Positions 14,440-28,004 of a stretch of DNA of 64,000 nucleotides are shown here, piece after piece. The stretch comes from Eledone cirrhosa (lineage: Eukaryota): positions 27,776,001-27,840,000 of the forward strand of contig OZ024747.1 in NCBI GenBank assembly GCA_964016885.1, in the 5' to 3' direction. Position numbers and translations under genes: made by a program. Under the pieces are notes generated by a model. That model worked only from the letters and a program-made list of their open reading frames with translations, was not told the origin of the DNA and did not search any database. Every line of letters starts with the position of its first letter. Positions within the stretch are counted from its first letter, which is position 1.

Positions 14440-15480
14440 ACATCCAATCAGTCAGTTATTTAATCAAACATGCCTCCATTCAATCAAGCAACCATTTATT
14501 CCATTGGACATTCAATCAGTCATTTAATCAAACATACATTCAGTCAGTTATTTAATCAATCATGTCTCCATTCAATCAAACAACCATTTATTCCATCAGT
14601 CATCCAATCAGTCATCCAATCAGCCATTTAATCAAACATACATTCAGTCAGTTATTTAATCAAACATGCCTCCATTCAATCAAACAACCATTTATTCCAT
14701 CAGTCATCCAATCAGTCATCCAATCAGCCATTTAATCAAACATACATTCAGTCAGTTATTTAATCAAACATGCCTCCATTCAATCAAACAACCATTTATT
14801 CCATCAGTCATCCAATCAGTCATCCAATCAGCCATTTAATCAAACATACATTCAGTCAGTTATTTAATCAAACATGCCTCCATTCAATCAAACAACCATT
14901 TATTCCATCAGACCTTCAATCAGCCATTTAATCAAACATACATTCAGTCAGTTATTTAATCAAACATGCCTCCATTCAATCAAACAACCATTTATTCCAT
15001 CAGACCTTCAATCAGCCATTTAATCAAACATACATTCAGTCAGTTATTTAATCAAACATGCCTCCATTCAATCAAACAACCATTTATTCCATCAGACCTT
15101 CAATCAGCCATTTAATCAAACATACATTCAGTCAGTTATTTAATCAAACATGCCTCCATTCAATCAAACAACCATTTATTCCATCAGACCTTCAATCAGC
15201 CATTTAATCAAACATACATTCAGTCAGTTATTTAATCAAACATGCCTCCATTCAATCAAACAACCATTTATTCCATCAGACCTTCAATCAGCCATTTAAT
15301 CAAACATACATTCAGTCAGTTATTTAATCAATCATGTCTCCATTCAATCAAACAACCATCTATTCCATCAGTCATCCAATCAGTCATCCAATCAGCCATT
15401 TAATCAAACATACATTCAGTCAGTTATTTAATCAAACATGCCTCCATTCAATCAAACAACCATCTATTCAATCAGTCCTT
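14440..15480. repeat. Minisatellite, 92-bp unit (103-bp variant), about 10 copies
   Basis: gaccttcaat recurs at 14911, 15003 and 15095; built from TCAA/TCAG-type subunits. Confidence 0.95.
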
Positions 15481-15513
15481 CACTCAAACATCCCTCTGTT
15501 CAATTAGTCATTC

Positions 15514-15983
15514 AATGACACATGTATTAATTACCATTACATACACTTCATGGTGACATGTGTGTGCAGTGGTTTGTACAATGACACATGTATTAATTAC
15601 CATTACATACACTTCATGGTGACATGTGTGTGCAGTGGTTTGTACAATGACACATGTATTAATTACCAGTTACACACACTTCATGGTGACATGTGTGTGC
15701 AGTGGTTTGTACAATGACACATGTATTAATTACCAGTTACATACACTTCATGGTGACATGTGTGTGCAGTGGTTTGTACAATGACACATGTATTAATTAC
15801 CAGTTACATACACTTCATGGTGACATGTGTGTGCAGTGGTTTGTACAATGACACATGTATTAATTACCAGTTACATACACTTCATGGTGACATGTGTGTG
15901 CAGTGGTTTGTACAATGACACATGTATTAATTACCATTACATACACTTCATGGTGACATGTGTGTGCAGTGGTTTGTACAATG
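15514..15983. repeat. Minisatellite, 66-bp unit, 7 copies
   Basis: aatgacacatgtattaattacc recurs at 15580, 15646 and onward. Confidence 0.95.
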
Positions 15984-16051
15984 CAGAAGACAATGGGTCA
16001 ATGATGTATTTTTGTTAGAGGTGCCTGCTGACTGTAGGTTTCGCTTTGTAC

Positions 16052-16225
16052 TTAGGCAAGGCGGGTCTTCTGTATTACTGCGTAGCGCCAAAGATCTCGG
16101 TCCAGTGACATTGTCTTGGAGAGGTGTAAGTGTGTGAGGTCGGAATTTATCAAATCGTCCCAGGTTTTTCTGGGTCTACCTACTCCTATTTTAATCACCC
16201 TGCACTTTTTTATACAGCTGTCGTC
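16052..16225 (-). mobile_element. RTE-clade LINE ORF C-terminus remnant
   Basis: GVGRPRKTWDDLINSDL...DRDLWRYAV, the typical RTE terminal motif. Confidence 0.8.
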
Positions 16226-17115
16226 TACACATATATATGTATATATGCATATATATATATATGCGTGTATGTCTGTGTGTACGCACAGGTGCACATGCAT
16301 CCTTGTTTATGTTTGTATCTGTGTTGATGTCCCATAATTCAGTGGTTTGCTAAAAAAAGAGATTGATAAAATTTGTACAAGATTTAAAAAAAAGTAATGG
16401 GGTTGAATGATTGACTAAATCTATTCAAACCAGTGCTCCAGCATGGTTGCTGTCTAATGACTGAAACTAGTAAAAGAATAAACGAATAAAAGAATCATAC
16501 AGAATTAGTAAAAGTTGTCCCACTATAATTGATGTCACTGTAGAGCCATGGCAACGTTTTTCGAGCAGTGAACCACTTAGGATGTGATTTATCATAAGGC
16601 GGACCACACTACTAACAAATTCAAAGCAATAATGAAATTAGGCAGGCCATTCAAAAAGTCAAACTGGCCACATGCAACCCATGGGCCATACTTTGGCCAT
16701 GACTGCTGTAGAGAGAAGAATCTCAGCTAAAAGATCAAGCATTCTTTCATTAAACACTTCACTAAACACAAAATAGAAAAACTGAAGAAAAAAAAACAAA
16801 CAAACACATGTTTTCATTATCGACAAATTGTTTGAAGCTTTTAACCATAACATCCAATAAAAGACACTCTTGTGTTTTTCAAATAATTTTGAAAATAATC
16901 AAGAATTTGGAGGAATTTAGTAATATAACTAATTTCCTTATTTTTAAGCTAGTGTTTGGAATTTTACAGTTGTTTTGATAAAATTATGATGTAAACTTTT
17001 TAGATAAATGTAAACATTTTAACCCTTCCATTACCTTATTTATAATGAAAGACATTGCCTATGATTTTCAAATCATTTTGAAAATAGTCAAGAATTTGAG
17101 AAAGTCAATAATATA

Positions 17116-17960
17116 TTAGGTTGGATAGAAAGTTCCCACCGTTTTTCAAGTTTTTATTGACTTTAGCGTTTTTTAACATTATGAAAAGTTTCCAAATCAA
17201 AATATTCATCATAATTTGTGATTAGTGTCTGCCATCATTTAGGAAGGCACATGATTCTATTCCTGTAGAATTCTTCTAGCTTTGGTGCAAAGAATTCCGT
17301 CAGTCACTGATTTAACTGGTCTTCATTGTTGAAGGTCTTTGACTGCATTGCATTACTCATTGAGAGAAAAAAGGTGATGGTCTGTAGTTGCGAGGTCAGA
17401 ACCTGAATATGCAGGTGGAGCAGAACCTCCCAACATAGCTCCAGCAGCTTCTCACAGGTCATCCTTGATGTATGGAGCCGAGCATTATCAGGATTGTATC
17501 AAACAGGACCGAGATGTGAGCGCACCTGTCTGATTTATGCCGCTAACCTGTCAAGTTGTTGGTAATAGACACCAGAGGTTATGCTGGTATTCAGTGGGAA
17601 CAGTTTGTAGTGGATGACACCTTTCCAGTCCCACCAGATGCTCAGTGAGGCCTTGCGAGGGTGGAGGCCAGCCTTTGCTGTTGCTCTTTCTATCAACCCA
17701 TGATCACTTGTGCATGACAATAAATGTAGAGACACCTCTTTTCATCACCAGTAGTAATGGAACGTAACCAGTTGGTTGACCATTGGTAGGAGAACAGAGA
17801 AGTCACAACTGCAACCGAACATTCACGATTACAGTCAGTCAGATTGTGGGCACCCATTGGTCCAGCTTGGACACTTTTCCTATTACATGCAAGTGATTGA
17901 GGATGGTTACCTTCAATGCCCCAAATTCATGATGTTTGGCATTGGCTGGCTTCTACTAGT
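17116..17960 (-). mobile_element. Decayed mariner (DD34D) transposon, 3' part
   Basis: TIR-like TA|TTAGGTTGGATAGAAAGTT at 17116; remnants ITTGDEKR, SIWWDWKGVIHYKLFP, YYQQLDRL, DLATTDHHLF. Confidence 0.88.
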
Positions 17961-18459
17961 TCACAGTCATTTAATAGCTTTACAAATGTTTCAATACAAG
18001 TTATTTAATGAATACTTATGTTATGACAATATAGTAAAAAAAACGTTATAGTCCACTGAAGGTACAGCAATCTATGGAGAAGAGGGGGCTTGATATTTAC
18101 CAGGTCATTGCATAATCATTTATATCGCCTTTGAACATGTATTATACAATATCTGAGAATATATTCCACCCTCCACCCTTTTTTTTTTTTACTATATTGT
18201 AATAACATAAGTATTCACTAAATAACTTGTATTGAAACATTTGTAAGGTGATTAAATGATTTAAGAAACCAATTCTATCATCTTAATTTGTTGTATATGC
18301 TCTGTTATTGTGTGTCACTTATTTCTTCTTTTCTTAAACATCTCTTCTATATTTCTATCTATAATGACATAAAGACATTCAGCTCAGAAATATTAATTGG
18401 CAATATTGATTCTTTTTGGTTAACTCTATATATATATATAGTTCAAGGAGACAACAAAT

Positions 18460-18495
<36 letters not shown>

Positions 18496-18498
18496 TTG

Positions 18499-18538
<40 letters not shown>

Positions 18539-18667
18539 CTGTTACTCTACCTAAATATCTGTCTATTTGCCTACCTACCTATCTATCCATCGATCTGGCT
18601 ATCTAACTGTCTGTTTGTCTGTCCATCCATCCATCCATCCATCCATCCATCCATATATATATATATA

Positions 18668-19036
18668 GGCACATGGCTTAGTGGTTAAAGCATTGGGCTT
18701 GCAATTCTCAGAACGGGTGATGTGTTGTTTCCTTGAGCAAGACACTTTATTTCACATTGCTCCAGTTTACTCAGCTGTAGAAATGAGATGATAAGGACTG
18801 GACTGGGGTCCCTATCATTCCACTGCAAAGTGGTCGTGGAGGTGCCACGGCAAAAAAAGCACCCAGCCCACACTGTAAAGTGGACGTGTAGGCACCATGG
18901 AAAAAAAAGCACCCAGCACTCACTGTAAATGAGGTTGGTGTTAGGAAGGGCATCCAGCTGTAGAAGTCAAGCCAGAATTAGTTCCCATCCCACCCTTGCA
19001 AGCAGGGAAAAGCAGACGTAAAATGATGATGATGAT
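18668..19036 (+). mobile_element. SINE family B
   Basis: Homologous to 22025-22371 with an internal duplication. Confidence 0.9.
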
Positions 19037-20586
19037 ATATAACAAATAGTTTTATCGCTCTACATGGCTGAATACAATAAATGTAATCTGAGTTATTCAA
19101 ATATTAATAATAATATTCGATTCGTTTGCAATTTTATATATAGTTAGCTATCTATCTAGCTACCCATTTATTTATCTGCCTCTCTATATGTCTATCTCTA
19201 TTCCTATATATCTATCTATATATCTGTCTGACTGTCTATTTGTCCATGAGTCTGCAGCTCAAAGTGACATGACTGAGTGCAGCAGGGTGCAACAACAACA
19301 ACATCAGCAGCAGTAGTTATTCAACAGCTACTGTCCCAATTCCACTGGTTTTGTCTGTGTGAGGTGTCTCATGCATACCAATATGAAACACACACATACA
19401 CTCACATACACAAATACTGTCATACACACACATATATGAGGTCACACACATACACACAGTTACATTCACACATTACATCCATTCACAGACACTCACTTAT
19501 AGATTTATAGTCGCACTCACACACATATACAAACACAATTACACACATATACACACACACAATCACACATATAAACACTCACACACATGTGCATACACAT
19601 ACAGGCACATACACACACACTTATACAGACCTGGATATACACACACACAAATGTGAGTGACTCAGAGCAAAATTCCTCTCACACTGTCACAAACACTACC
19701 ATTACCATCTACAACAGCAACAACAACACAACCACTGCCATCACCACCACTACAATAACAACAACAACAACACTACCACTACCACAACCACTACCACCAC
19801 TACCACAACCACAACAACCACCACCACCACCACCACGACCAACACCACCATCACCAGCACCAGCACCACCTCCACCACAACCACCACCACCACTACCACA
19901 ACCACAACAACCACCACCACCAACAACAACAACACCATCACTACCACCACCACCACCACTACAACAACAACACTATTACTTACTGCCACAACTATTATCA
20001 CCACCACCATCAACACCACTAACTACAACACCATCACCACTACCACCTCAACAACAACACTACCACTACCACAAACACCATCATCGTCACTACCACCACA
20101 ACAACAACAACATTACCACCACCACCACCACAACCACCACTACCGCTACAACAGCAACAACACTACCACAACCATCAACTACCAACACCAAAACCATCAT
20201 CGTCACCCCTACTACTACAACAACACTACCCCAACGCCACCACCACCACTACAACAACATCACTACCCCCACCACCACCACTACAACATCACTACCCCCA
20301 CCACCACCACCATCACTACCACCACCCTATCTCTATACCATCCCACCACCACCAACCAGCACCACCAACCACCACCACCACCCTGTCTCTTTATTTTTGG
20401 TTTACTTCACAAATTTTATTTCAGTGATCTAACATTTATTAATCTATTTATTTATATATTCATTTGACACTTTATTTATTTATTTATTGTCACTTTCTTT
20501 ATACAATTATTTCTTTACTTGTGTATATATATATATATATTATATATATATATATATACAATTATTTATACAATTATTTCTTTACT

Positions 20587-20632
<46 letters not shown>

Positions 20633-20635
20633 TAG

Positions 20636-21014
20636 ATTTCTTTATTTACCATAAAGGCATAAAAAGAAGTGACAAATACAAAGGGGGAGTTTACATATAA
20701 TCGAGTAAAAAGGGTGTAACATGAAAATAATCGAAAATAACCTCAAAAGGGAGGGGACGTGATGGGGGTTGCACACACCCCCGAAAAAGTGTGCAATCCT
20801 TTGCCCGGGGAGCACATGGAGAAGGTGCTCCCCTCTCCTTTACTTCTTTACCTACAGGATGGTATACAGAGAAGGCCCATTTACACGAGCCATTCTCGCC
20901 ACTATTACCCACCTTTCATAAAACTGCCTGTGGCCAAGCACCTCTCTCTCCATTCTTATCCTTCTTCCGAAGTGATATCGGAAGAAGTAGACCAGACTAT
21001 GGCCAGAGAGGAAG
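20636..21014 (-). mobile_element. 5'-truncated Tx1 3' end
   Basis: Homologous to 42342-42725 (cacacacccccgaaaaagtgtgc, cccacctttcataaaactg); GATAGAT on both flanks. Confidence 0.85.
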
Positions 21015-21057
21015 ATAGATAAATATACACGGGTGTGTATGATTGTGTATAGAAGAT

Positions 21058-21408
21058 TATATTAATAAGAGGAATTCCAACTTTGTCTGATTTACTCGTT
21101 TTATTTACAATCCTTTAAAATTTATAATGGTATTATAATGAAATAGTATGATAGAATATTAAATTCTAAGTGTTAATTGAACAAGTACTTTCATGCTTTC
21201 GCATGAAAATTTCGCATGAAAGTTGAAAATTGCAAACTTGACTGTCACCACATATTATGAACCTGAAGATTGCGAAAGCATGAAAGTACTTGTTCAATTA
21301 ACACTTAGAATTTAATATTCTATCATACTATTTCATTATAATACCATTATAAATTTTAAAGGATTGTAAATAAAACGAGTAAATCAGACAAAGTTGGAAT
21401 TCCTCTTA

Positions 21409-21416
<8 letters not shown>
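21058..21416. repeat. Inverted repeat, 146-bp arms, 67-bp spacer
   Basis: 21058-21203 is the reverse complement of 21271-21416. Confidence 0.95.
21258..21296 (+). ncRNA. Minimal hammerhead ribozyme motif
   Basis: UGAAC-CUGAAGA-u-UGC(gaaa)GCA-u-GAA-AGUACU-U-GUUCA; GNRA-capped stem II and palindromic stem III. Confidence 0.8.
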
Positions 21417-21448
<32 letters not shown>

Positions 21449-21472
21449 TATTTATACAATTATTTCTTTACT

Positions 21473-21544
<72 letters not shown>

Positions 21545-21618
21545 TGTATAAAGAAATATATAAATATATATATATATATAGATGTAAAGAAATAAATGTA
21601 TAAAGAAATATATATATA

Positions 21619-21646
<28 letters not shown>

Positions 21647-21649
<3 letters not shown>

Positions 21650-21772
21650 TTTATAGAAGGAGCTTCTACAGGACTAGTACTGTTTCATTCAGATGAAATC
21701 TTCAGGAAGCTTCCTGAAGATTTCATCTGAATGAAACAGTACTAGTCCTGTAGAAGCTCCTTCTATAAAATA
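21647..21772. repeat. Perfect 126-bp palindrome
   Basis: Centre GGAAG|CTTCC at 21709/21710. Confidence 0.95.
21708..21758 (+). ncRNA. Hammerhead ribozyme motif (mirror copy on minus at 21661-21711)
   Basis: AGCUUC-CUGAAGA-u-UUCA(uc)UGAA-u-GAA-ACAG(uacuaguc)CUGU-A-GAAGCU. Confidence 0.8.
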
Positions 21773-21845
21773 AAAAAATTTTACTCTGCCATGTATTGAG
21801 TACCTTACTTACTGTGGTTATCCCCGACTCAACCCGGGACCTACG

Positions 21846-21891
<46 letters not shown>

Positions 21892-22024
21892 GACACACAA
21901 ACACACACACACACACACATATATATTTATATATTTCTTTAAACATTTATTTCTTTATATTTATATATATATATTTTATTATTTATATTTATATATATAT
22001 TTTTATATATATATATTTCTATAT

Positions 22025-22371
22025 GGAGGCACATGGCTTAGTGGTTAGAGCATTGGCCTTTCAATCAAAAGGTTGTGAGTTCAATTCTCAGACCAGGTGA
22101 TGTGTTGTTTCCTTGAGCAAGACACTTTATTTCACATTGCTCCAGTTTACTCAGCTGTAGAAATGAGATGGTAGGGACTGGGGTCCCTATTATTCCACTG
22201 CAAAGTGGTCGTGTAGGTGCCACGGCAAAAAAGCACCCAGCACTCACTGTAAATGAGGTTGGTGTTAGGAAGGGCATCCAGCTGTAGAAATCAAGCCAGA
22301 ATCAGTTCCCATCCCACCCTTGCAAGCAGGGAAAAGTGGATGTAAAATGATGATGATGATGATGATGATGA
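22025..22371 (+). mobile_element. SINE family B: tRNA head, CORE-like domain, RTE-type tail with (ATG)n
   Basis: A-box TGGCTTAGTGG, B-box GAGTTCAATTC, CCTTGAGCAAGACACTTTA...CAGCTGTAGAAATG, tail GGAAGGGCATCCAGC...(ATG)n; sits in (TA)n. Confidence 0.9.
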
Positions 22372-22839
22372 TATATTTTATATATCTATATTTCTTTATA
22401 TATATATTTATTTCTTTACTTGTATATATATATATATTTTATTTATGTCTATTTTCATTTACTTATTTATTTATTTACTATTATATACTTATTGATTCAT
22501 TTGTTTATTTATATATATATAAGTATGTATTTACATATATATTTATTTTATTTCAATATATTTTACTAAATCCTTATTTCTGCTATTCTAGTTGCTTCTA
22601 AGTCGAACACATCATAGAAGCCAGCAAATTTGTTGGCGTTGTTGTCAGTGATGTATATATATATATAATGAAAGAATGAAGAATAACATGGTTGGCTGTA
22701 CAACAAAGGGCTTTATTTCAGGTATTAACAATTGTTTCATTGATCAGGTGAGTCTAGAGGCCGCTAATCACTTGAAGTTGCGTCACTCGATCTCCATTAC
22801 ATTTTTTACCTCTGACCAAATCCTCAGAATATATATATT

Positions 22840-22894
<55 letters not shown>

Positions 22895-24294
22895 GGATGG
22901 AGGGATGGTTTGGGTAGGTAGGTAAGTAGATAGGTAGGTAGGCAGGTAGGTCGGTAGGTAAAAAAAAGATGGGTTGGTCGGTGTGTGTGGGTGTACAAAT
23001 ATAACAGATCTATCCATTCACTTTTGATCTCAAACCACCTGAAACCGCTCCTGGTTCAACAATACAATTTTTTTGTTTTGTTTCAAAGACTTTATATTTA
23101 ATTAAAACCCTTCTTTCATAAATTTATGTAAGAATTTTTGTTGTGTTAGAAACGCCAGCTTAATAATAAAAGTGTTAAAAACAATCCATCATAATTTTTT
23201 TTAAGAACCTTTGTTAAGTTATGTTCCTAACAAGAAAGTTAATTATATTACTAAATTCCTCAGCATTGTTGATTATTTTTTAAATGATTTGAAAATCATT
23301 GGCAGTGACTTTCATTAGTGTCGTTCATATGATAATAGAATGGTTTATGAATTTGTGTGTATTTGTTTGTGTGTTTGTGTGCGTGTTTGTGTGTGTGAGT
23401 GTTTCTTTGTATGTATGTGCGCATGTGTGTATATGCTTGTATGTGTGAGTGTTTGTGTTTGTAATATGCATGTAAGAGTGTGTGTATGTATGTTTATATG
23501 TGTATGTTTGTGTGTATGAGTGTGCGTAAAAACAACAAATTATTTAACTCTATTTGACCTTCAAGTTTGATGTTGTTAACTTATTTTCTTTTCATTAAGA
23601 AAATGTCATTCGGTAAAAGTGTTTTAGATTGAAGGAGAATAGAAACAAAAGACAAGTTAAATAAATCAAATATAATTAAACGTTGAAATAAGTTGACAAT
23701 TTTTTATTTTTAGTTTAAGATTCAGTATTTCTGGAATCTGGTTTGAGTAAATGTAGAAAATTCTGGGAAAATGTTGCATGAAAGAACTGGAAAATTGGAG
23801 AATTGTGTGCATGTGTATGACTAGCTGAATGATTAAGATGTTTGCTTCACAACCACTTAGTTTAAGGTTTGGGCCCACCGTGAGGTATTTTGGGTAAGTG
23901 TCTTCTACTATAGTGGAATTTGGTAGATGGAATCTGTAGAAGCCAGGGTGTGTGAGAGTCAGTAAGTCAGTGGCAGTATGAATACACAAATATTTTTTAG
24001 AAAACAATGTCAACTCTATTTAATATATTAGTATAATAGCTATAGCCATTATATTTGCCATATATACTTTTCATGTACAAATCATTCTCAGTTGCATGAT
24101 CAGTGGCAATCCATGAAACTCAGAATAATAACAAAGTGATCTAAATAATCTATATATATATATAACAAAGATTAACAAGGATTTCAATTAAAGCACTTAA
24201 TTGATTTACAACTGTTTCATTAGACTAACAAGAATATTCTCTTTGTCTTTATATGGTTGTATTTATTATCAACTCATTTAAACTTCTTTATATC

Positions 24295-25010
24295 ATCATC
24301 ATCATCATCATCAATTAACATCTATGTTGCACGCTAGTATGGGTTAGATGGGTCCCATTCAGAGCAAGTTGGGTCAGGTGACCGTGTCTCGCTCATATAG
24401 GGGTGTTTCTGGCTGGTTTTCTACAGCTGGATGCCCTTCCTAATGCCAAGATATATATATATATCATCATCATCATCGTTTAACGTCTATCTTCCCCGCT
24501 AGCATGGGTTTAGACGGGAATTGTCCCACTTGAGGCAAGATTGGTAGGGAGACCGTGTCTCGCTCATATAGGAATGTCTGGCAGGTTTTCTACGGCTAGA
24601 TGCCCTTCCTAACACCAACCACATTTACAGTGTGGACTGGGAGGTTTTTACCGTGTTACATATATATATCATTTCATTCATCATTTCATTTTACGTCCGC
24701 TTTTTCCCTGCTTGCAAGGGTGGGACGGTAACTGATTTTGGCTTGATTTCTACAGCTGGATGCCCTTCCTAACACCAACCTCATTTACAGTGAGTGCTGG
24801 GTGCTTTTTTGCTGTGGCACCTACACGTCCACTTTGCAGTGGAATGATGGACCTCAGTCCCTATCATCTCATTTCTACAGCTGAGTAAACTGGAGCAATG
24901 TGAAATAAAGTGTCTTGCTCAAGGAAACAACACACCACCCGGTCTGAGAATTGAACTCACAACCTTTCGATTGCAAGGCCAATGCTCTAACCACTAAGCC
25001 ATGTGCCTCC
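24295..25010 (-). mobile_element. SINE family B (24672-25010) preceded by two RTE-tail fragments
   Basis: Reverse complement of 22025-22371; (CAT)n-started tails at 24295 and 24465. Confidence 0.85.
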
Positions 25011-25090
25011 ATATATATATATATAAGTAGGTGGCAGTATGAATACACAAATATTTTTATATAAATATTATTAGTATAATAGCCATACCC

Positions 25091-25362
<272 letters not shown>

Positions 25363-25879
25363 GGATGTTAAATGGTAATGATGATATGTATATATATATA
25401 TATACTATATTTATATATATACGTATATAAAATAATTGTTTCTACTTTTGGCAGAAGGCTAGCAATTTAAAGGGAAGGAGAAAGTCAATTAAATTGGCTC
25501 CAGTACATTACTGGTACTAAGGCAAAGTTAACCTCAGTGGGATTTAAACTCAAAATTTAACTAGATGCCGCAAAGCCTGTTGTCCCAAACTTTACCGATA
25601 CTGCTATTCCACCGCCCTACTATATATATTAATAATATAAACCTTAATCCTATCATTGAGTGAGTAAGGTACTGATTCTCTTCAATGATCTTCATAAACC
25701 TATTTATATAATCTCCTAGGCAACAAACCTGCATTTGATTTGTAATTCTTTTACTCTTTTACCTGCTCCAGCTATCCAGCTGAGGCCATGCTGAAGACCA
25801 GTTGAACATTTTTATTTATTTATTCTAGTTCAATATATTAATTTTTTGCAACTCTGTCTTTGTTTCTGTACAGAAGCAC

Positions 25880-26652
25880 CCACCTTGGTTCAGTGCTTTT
25901 GGCATATTCAAATTTTAAACTGGCTCGTCTGTTCCAAAGGATTTTCAGGCCAGGGACTACTATGGATAATTTCTAGACGTCTTTGGTCTGGCAGTGCTAC
26001 CAGGGAACACAATGGCAATGAAATTGTTCTGTGTGTATTCATTCAATATCTGACCTGTGAAGTTATGTCAAATGAGTGCTGTTGCTTGTAGGATGAATCC
26101 AGTTATCAGCTGAGTCTATTGTGAAGATCACTCCATTAACTTCCTATAACCAGGAAGAATGGGAATTTTTTTTTATGTCTGGTAGCTATAGTAAAAGAGA
26201 GATTGTGTGGTGGACAACATTTTGAGGACTGAGGACCAACACTTTTGTCTTTGGTCAAGCTCTCATCAGCTTTTTCAAGTTCCACTTGAAAAAGAAAAGT
26301 GAAAGTAGAGAGGGGGTGCTCTCCTCCAGTAAATTTTATAAAAGGTGGGTGACTGCGGCAAAAATGGCAAGAGGGAATGATTCAACTCTCAGCTTGAGCC
26401 TGTAGGTCTGGGAAAGAAAATTGGAAAGGGCAATTACCCTTGGTGATCAAGGTGACAGTAGATTTGTGGGGTTCCTTCATCGTCCCTATTTGGAGGTTTT
26501 CTTGTACCAGAGACCTTTTTCATCATCGTGTATACTATGTATACCTCATTATTTTTTCTCATTTGATTTTTTATGTAAACCCTTACACTTTATGTAACCT
26601 GTTTTTGCTCTGTACCCCTCATTTGGCAAACTTGGGGTCAATAAAAGAAATC
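25880..26652 (+). mobile_element. Older decayed Tx1 3' fragment
   Basis: Translates MDNF*TSLVWQCY and KFYKRWVTAAKMARGNDSTLSLSL*, matching the ORF2 C-terminus of the 42-48 kb element; ends AATAAAAGAAAT. Confidence 0.8.
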
Positions 26653-27020
26653 ATTATTTTTATTATCATCATCATCATCATTAACTCTGACTCAACAATG
26701 AAAAAGAATGTCTCATTAATACAATGAATAATTGAACTGCAGCAACAATAGTGACAGGTGTGAGTATGTAGTTGATATAACTAATTGAGCAGCTGCAGCA
26801 ACAGTTACATCAGCAATAACAACAGCAGCAAAAGCAGCATCAGCAACAGCAATAATATCAACAACAGAAATAATAACAACAGCAACAATAGTAATAACAG
26901 CAACAATAACAACAACTGCTACAACTGAAGCAACAACAACAACCCCAACAACAGAAGCAACAACAAAAACTAGAACATTAATGACAATAAAAACAACAGC
27001 AACATCAACAACAACAAAAA

Positions 27021-27965
27021 TGACATCAAGCTGTACCTTTAGATAAAAAGGACAGATCCTGAACACTATAGATCTTGCTTGCAGTCTGACCTGGACACAA
27101 TGCAACAATGGATCTCAGACTGGCAACTGAAGCTAGCTGTGGACAAGTGCACCACCATGCATTTTGGGAGTAAAAACCCAGCGTCCACATACTCCCTCCA
27201 CAGCACTAATATCAAGAAGTCTTCCTGTGAACATGACCTGGGCATTACGGTCAGCAGTGATTTGTATTGGACGAAGCACGTCTCTAAAATTGTCAAGAGG
27301 GCCGAGGGTGTCTTAGCATCACTCAGCAAGACCTTTGTCAGCCGCTCCCCAGCTATCTATTTAAAGCTGTATACAGCTATGGTGCGACCACACTTAGAAT
27401 TTGCATCACCAGTCTGGAACCCCTATCTTGCTCAGAACATTGACCGCCTGGAAACTGTTCAGAGACGTGCAACCAAGCGAATACCCTCCATCAGGCATCT
27501 ACCATACTCTGAACACCTTGCTTCCCTGGGCATGGATACATTGAAGCTTCGACGCCTGGCAACTGACTTGGTAAACACCCACAAAATTATTAACCATCTT
27601 GCCAACAACAACCCTGAGTACCTTTTTGATTTCCATGTGTCTAACACACGTGGGCATGCCCACAAAGTCAGAAAACAGCACAGTTCCCATGACTTTCGGA
27701 AACACTTTTTCACGCTCAGAGTTGCTGAAGCATGGAACAAACTACCTGCATCAGTTGTTAGCTGTCGAGACACTGCATCCTTTAAAACCTCCGATCTTCC
27801 CGAGATTCGCCAACACTACACCTAATGTTCCCCCTCCATACACACGCGCACATGTATATCATGACTCATACACTATTCACTTCCCTGACATTTGTATATT
27901 ATTCTATGTACTATACATGCACCTTTGACGAGTTGTAGTGCACCTGAGCACTTTACACAATAATT

Positions 27966-27997
<32 letters not shown>
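27021..27997 (+). mobile_element. 5'-truncated CR1/L2-group LINE (RT C-terminus, ORF 27079-27825, (ATT)n tail)
   Basis: LYTAMVRPHLEFASPVWNP, LETVQRRATK, TRGH, FFTLRVAEAWNKLP; starts at DIKLY just after the RT catalytic motif; 3' UTR then (ATT)n. Confidence 0.93.
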
Positions 27998-27999
<2 letters not shown>

Positions 28000-28004
28000 A
28001 AATA

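Noticed and set aside
14440-15983. Regular repeats superficially like a CRISPR array
   Set aside because: No unique spacers, eukaryotic context and no cas genes; plain tandem minisatellites.
16547-16705. Possible hAT MITE
   Set aside because: The left TIR is too degenerate and the TSD ambiguous to call.
19587-20432. Extensin-like 281-aa ORF
   Set aside because: Degenerate (CCA/CAA)n microsatellite.
22025-22100. tRNA genes at SINE heads
   Set aside because: A/B boxes are present but run into CORE-like and tail domains; these are SINEs, not functional tRNAs.
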